From: Entomortierella parvispora E1425
Lineage: Eukaryota > Fungi > Mortierellomycota
NCBI GenBank assembly: GCA_020891255.1
Contig: BQFW01000016.1
Span: 1-64,000 of the forward strand
Length of the DNA: 64,000 bases
Direction of reading: 5' to 3'
Both the position numbers and the translations under genes were made by a program. Below the pieces are notes generated by a model. The model searched no databases and was not told the origin of the DNA. It was given only the letters and a program-made list of their open reading frames with translations. Shown piece after piece: positions 59,894 to 64,000 of this stretch (positions are counted from its first letter, which is position 1; each line of letters starts with the position of its first letter).

Positions 59894-60202
59894 AATTAAA
59901 GTTCGGTCATCTTGGACACCAAAATCGAGGTTTTCCTAAAGTCCTTGGCTTTTTTGATGGATTCGAGAACGATATGCCTCTATAAGGCATAGTCTTATTT
60001 GTATGTCTATATCAAGTATCAGTCATTTAGGTCACTTCTCATTGAAGTCTGAGGGGGTTATACAAAAAATAAAAATAGACATGTACAAGTAGAGGCGTGG
60101 TAGGCTAGCCTTATAGAGGCATATCGTTCTCGAATCCATCAAAAAAGCCAAGGACTTTAGGAAAACCTCGATTTTGGTGTCCAAGATGACCGAACTTTAA
60201 TT
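59894..60202. repeat. Perfect 95-bp inverted repeat with a 119-bp spacer (MITE-like, 309 bp)
   Basis: Arms 59894-59988 and 60108-60202 (AATTAAAGTTCGG...CTATAAGGC / GCCTTATAG...CCGAACTTTAATT). Confidence 0.92.
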
Positions 60203-60209
60203 ACTGTGA

Positions 60210-60865
60210 TGCAAACAAATAGACCTCGTGCAACAGTCAAATCAGACTGACCGTGCAGCGCCTTCACTCACAGCAAAGTGTCACGAACCGTCAGATATCA
60301 GCCGCGACCTGTCACGTGCCGCGCTGGGTACCAATTGGTCACTCCATTCCACCCATTGTCGGAACGCGTCTTGCTTGATATAGGTTCCGAACCTAGGATC
60401 TAGGGTCAAACCCATTGGAGTCCCCCAGGGTCTAGACCTCGGATGTTCTATCTATCATTGGTATATATCCGTCGGCTACACCCATTTGGACCTCCATCTC
60501 CTCCTTCATCACCGTTGTCGCCATCTACGACCCAACTCATAGGTCGAGCTTATGATTATACTTCCCGGCGCCCTCCCTAACACAAAGCAGACTGGGTCCA
60601 CGCCAACACCCCTCTCTAGTATATAAACCCCCTTGATTCATAGCTGTATTCCCCAGTCTGCAATTCACAATTCCCAATAAACCATACCTTCCCTCTTTCT
60701 CTTGTTCCTGCCTTGTCTGACCGTGACACAAAGCCACAAACAAAGGGTCAACTACAACCATTGCCACCATTGCCACCACCGCAACCTTTAGTATAAATAC
60801 CCCAGACTTCATATCAATAAACATCATTCAATCTTCGTGCTCTTCCCTTGGCCTTTACTATTGCA
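60210..60865 (+). mobile_element. Solo LTR family 2; TSD TGTGA; interrupted by LTR1
   Basis: TGTGA at 60205-60209 and 60866-60870; the two halves match the reverse complement of 57375-57571. Confidence 0.88.
60279..60728 (+). mobile_element. Solo LTR family 1 (450 bp) nested in LTR2; TSD CAAAG
   Basis: TGTCACG..CGTGACA termini; CAAAG at 60274-60278 and 60729-60733. Confidence 0.9.
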
Positions 60866-61082
60866 TGTGATATATCATGTATCTTTTTTTCTGAGATTTC
60901 TTCTGCGGAAATGAGTGTAAAATAAGCTATTTTTTTTTGACAGCTCCATGAGAACAGGAATATGGTGGCCTCACGCGATGTGCACCTCACTTCCTGTCTC
61001 CACTCCTCCCTCGGCCTTCTTATTGCAGGTTCTGTCGTCTTCCTTAGGCAACACTATGGCTATCCACTTGTGATTTCGTTCG

Positions 61083-62477
61083 TTACTGGTCACACGTCGC
61101 GTGACATGTGCGGGTACCGAGCCAGACTCGTTCGAGATCGTCAAATTTCAGAAGATGTCTTGCCACTCGCGTCTCGATATCGTCAATTTTTTTTGTTTCT
61201 CCCTGCACTGGCTTGTTTTTGGTTTGCTTCCCATCTATCCATAATTTCAAAGTCCTGTCGATCTTCTCTTTCGTATCTAATCCCCGTATGCGAACCCGAA
61301 GGTGACGTAGTCCTTTGCATGCCCATTCGTCTTCCTCTACGATGTCCATGTCCATCTCATGGCGCTCTAGCCTAAGAATCTTAAGATTTGGGCAGCTCCG
61401 TGGCAGTATTTGTAGGGCCAGACTTGAAGAATTAAAGTGGTCGTCCTCGACCGGGATATCGTCCCTCTCAATAGGAGACTCCTCGAAGTCCCAAATAGTG
61501 GATATATCCGATAATGTTGCCTTGTGATTCAATAAAGCCAGAATAACATCCGCAGAGAGATATTCGTATGGAAATCTGACTGATCTCAGTTTACGGAAGA
61601 CTTTGGCAAGGAAATCGGATAAGAGGGGAAGTGGTGTTCTCCACGTTTCAATGTCGCGCACTTTTGGACAGCACAGTTTTGTTTCGAGCATGATACGTTC
61701 AACGGGAACGATTAATGTTTCTTCCGAGGGATAGATAGTGCATTGGGTGAGTTCTGGGAAATGAGCCAGCAATGAAAACCCGAGGGGTGCGATATCTGAA
61801 TCAGGATCGGGTTTGAAAACCTCCTCGAGAGTCACAGTGAATTGGGTCACTCCAGTGTGCTGAAAGGTATCGACGAACGGGCCGGCGAGTAGGGCAACAT
61901 TAGACTGCAGGTCCACTGATCTAAGTAGAGGACAACCCCTTAGCAAAGCTGTGAACGAAGCTCGACTGATGCAGACACGGTAGAGAGTAATGCTAAAGAG
62001 TCGGGATGCGGATGACTGTGGGATGACTGAGTCCAAGGAGATCATCCGAGTTGAGAGATCGTCTGCATTTTCATCATGAATCATCTTTAGTGCCAAATGT
62101 TCGAGGCTTTTGTTGTTGTTCCTGATGAGATCCATGCTGAGAATACGGAATCTGGTGGTTCTAGCGCATTTCAAGGAAAGATCTCGCACGTTGCAGATAT
62201 TCGGATGAAGAAGTGCGTCAAGCTGTCCTTGAGTTGCGATATTGTCGACCTCGCGGAGGTGCTGTCCAAGTCTGGCAGTAACTTTGCTCTCCAGGTCCTC
62301 AAAGGAACCTTGAGTGTTGAAGTCAACTGCACGCCAGACGATGGGAATAAAATCCTCATACCATTCCTTGGAGACTCGAACACAGGAGATGGCATCTGTC
62401 ACAGAGATGTAACGGCTTATGTGACCTCGAATCTCAGGGATGTGGAGTGGACTCTTCTTGACAGACTCTGTCGACAT
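61083..62477 (-). CDS. F-box protein with an LRR/RNI-like C-terminus (464 aa; intact)
   Basis: N-terminal SPLHIPEIRGHISRYIS..DAISCVRVSKEWY..IVW; LRR-like CPLLRSVDL, FPELTQC, CPNLKILRL, WACKGLRHLRVRI. Confidence 0.88.
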   Translation of the reverse strand: MSTESVKKSPLHIPEIRGHISRYISVTDAISCVRVSKEWYEDFIPIVWRAVDFNTQGSFEDLESKVTARLGQHLREVDNIATQGQLDALLHPNICNVRDLSLKCARTTRFRILSMDLIRNNNKSLEHLALKMIHDENADDLSTRMISLDSVIPQSSASRLFSITLYRVCISRASFTALLRGCPLLRSVDLQSNVALLAGPFVDTFQHTGVTQFTVTLEEVFKPDPDSDIAPLGFSLLAHFPELTQCTIYPSEETLIVPVERIMLETKLCCPKVRDIETWRTPLPLLSDFLAKVFRKLRSVRFPYEYLSADVILALLNHKATLSDISTIWDFEESPIERDDIPVEDDHFNSSSLALQILPRSCPNLKILRLERHEMDMDIVEEDEWACKGLRHLRVRIRGLDTKEKIDRTLKLWIDGKQTKNKPVQGETKKIDDIETRVARHLLKFDDLERVWLGTRTCHATCDQ

Positions 62478-62789
62478 GACGCTGGTCTTATTCTATGCGG
62501 GAGGAGAAAACAATTAAGTCTCATATTCTTACACATTTTATTGCATTTGTCCTCCAGTTAATGTGTGTAGTAATACGACTTACTGTCAGGATTTGCTTCG
62601 AAAAGTTTACTGGCAAGATTAGTCAGTGAACGGAAAGCACAGACAACACGATGATGAATGGTTAATGGCAGATCAGATGATGAGATGAAGATGCTCTCGC
62701 TTTTTATTTATTGGGAAGCAAATGCTCTTTCTTTTTGCTTTGTGTCACACTGAGTTTGAAAAGACAAAAAAAGCAGTTATTGAACCATG

Positions 62790-63280
62790 ATCCAATGCTG
62801 GTAAAACTTGCACGCCATGGGATTGTTTCTTTTCCTTGATGGTTCGACTCTATATTGCAAGCATGGCCATTGTACGGCGCCGAGTTCAAAGGTAGGGTCT
62901 ATCTGCAGTGGTTCAGCTACGATTAGGGGCACCGTCTCTTCCCGAAAGAGGATCCGGGAGCACAGGCAACCAAATTATTCAGGTGGACTCTGGGCATTCT
63001 CCAGACTGCTCCTGTATCTCATCGGATGAAGTGACTGGGCTGGCGATGCCCGTCGTCGGCGTTGGCGTCGTCGTTGTTGTTGTGGTGGTGGTGACGGTAG
63101 CTGTTCAACAATGACAGATGCTGCTTGCTCGATCTCCTCGTTGTTGCTGCCATGGTCATTGCCATCGTCCTCTTCTTCCTAGGTGTCCAGCAGCAAACCA
63201 GTCGGGGGCTCTGGAGACACTCTGGGGTCCTCAATAGACAGTGCTGATCCAAGTCTCTCTAGTTGCTCCATACTAGGGTC
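62790..63280 (-). pseudogene. Second, diverged Helitron 5' fragment (homologue of about 33800-34300) in the opposite orientation
   Basis: Reverse complement shares AGTATGGAGCA..CTTGGATCAGCACTGTC.ATTGAGGACCCCAGAG; the antisense ORFs 62808-63029 and 34082-34267 are clearly homologous. Confidence 0.85.
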
Positions 63281-64000
63281 GTTACCGGTGGAGGATCTGT
63301 AAGCATAACAACAATATGTTAGTTGATGGTAGCATCCCTCTCAAATCAATCTTAAAGCCAGCCAATCTACCCCTGGAGCGATGCAAACGACCTCGAGCTG
63401 AAATGAACCCATGACCACTGCGACTCTGTGACAATCGACCCGGCTTGAAATGTAACCCCGAAATGTCCTCATTGACGTGGTTGCTTGTAGACCTTTTCGA
63501 AATGTCCACAGGCATCGAGCAAAGGCATTGGCCATCATTAATAACATGAGCAAATTTCAATTGAATGACATCACTGGCCAAGGGCCTCCTCTTTGTTGTG
63601 TCGTGTTACAAAGGACGATAAAAGGCAGCAAGGGTAGACCAGACGAAGACAGAGCAAGGGCGAGGGTATGCATGCAGGGAGAACGAGAGCCAACAAAAGA
63701 AGCTCGTGCATGCAACGCGTGGCCGCGCCAGAAATGGCCACAGAAAGAACGTTTGACGTGGGTGCAGTGCGCGCATTTTGCAAGGAATGAAGGACAAGAG
63801 GTCAGGAGAGGAGCGAAGGGTAGTCTATTCAGAGTAGATCTATCCGGGGTCTGAGGAAGGCACGCAGATGGTATGGGTGGAGGCAAGATGGAAGAGCGAT
63901 GCAGGAGTTGATGGAAGAACGATGTACTGTTGGAGTTGAGAAGGAACGGTCGCCCAGGAAGAATGGACGCAAGGCCTTGTCCCTGTTGTCTCAGTGCTTT

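Noticed and set aside
59673-60200. Group I intron at LSU position 2449
   Set aside because: An intron would end in G directly before AACTGG. The sequence keeps the exon GAT, there is no upstream exon, and no catalytic core was recognised.
57375-60865. A TIR transposon carrying the rDNA fragment, bounded by ~200-bp inverted copies
   Set aside because: Each copy has TG..CA ends and its own 5-bp TSD (CGTTG, TGTGA), so they are independent solo LTRs.
19175-60960. Starship/Crypton-like giant element
   Set aside because: No tyrosine recombinase ORF and no bounding direct repeat were found in the window.

Overview
This is eukaryotic fungal DNA: it has spliceosomal introns and an LSU rRNA fragment, and its Crinkler and F-box/LRR families point to Mortierellaceae (Mucoromycota), which is an inference. 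The window is a repeat-rich accessory region with no housekeeping genes. From left to right it holds: a frameshifted APE+RT LINE (1-5357); reiterated intron-bearing, ORF-poor blocks and minisatellites; a coiled-coil ORF ending 35 bp before an internal (CCCTAAAAAA)7 telomere-like array (13776-13848); and more minisatellites. From about 19.2 to 61 kb a family of ~250-bp units, all in the + orientation, punctuates a series of cassettes: two divergent Crinkler / REase-fold gene pairs, an intronless class II-like hydrophobin, an OB-fold/AT-hook gene divergent from a Helitron Rep remnant, and an intact F-box gene. Inserted into this array are a 6.26-kb AcademH-type element (553-bp TIRs, 9-bp TSD, DDE transposase plus RecQ-like helicase), an 8.66-kb MULE (140-bp TIRs, 9-bp TSD, GCM-DDE-USP-like protease-Zn finger plus cargo ORFs), three solo-LTR families (nested twice, with 5-bp TSDs), a 574-nt 3' LSU rDNA fragment and a 95-bp inverted repeat. 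Some frameshifts fall in homopolymer runs and may be sequencing errors. All family assignments come from motifs read by eye; no database search was run.
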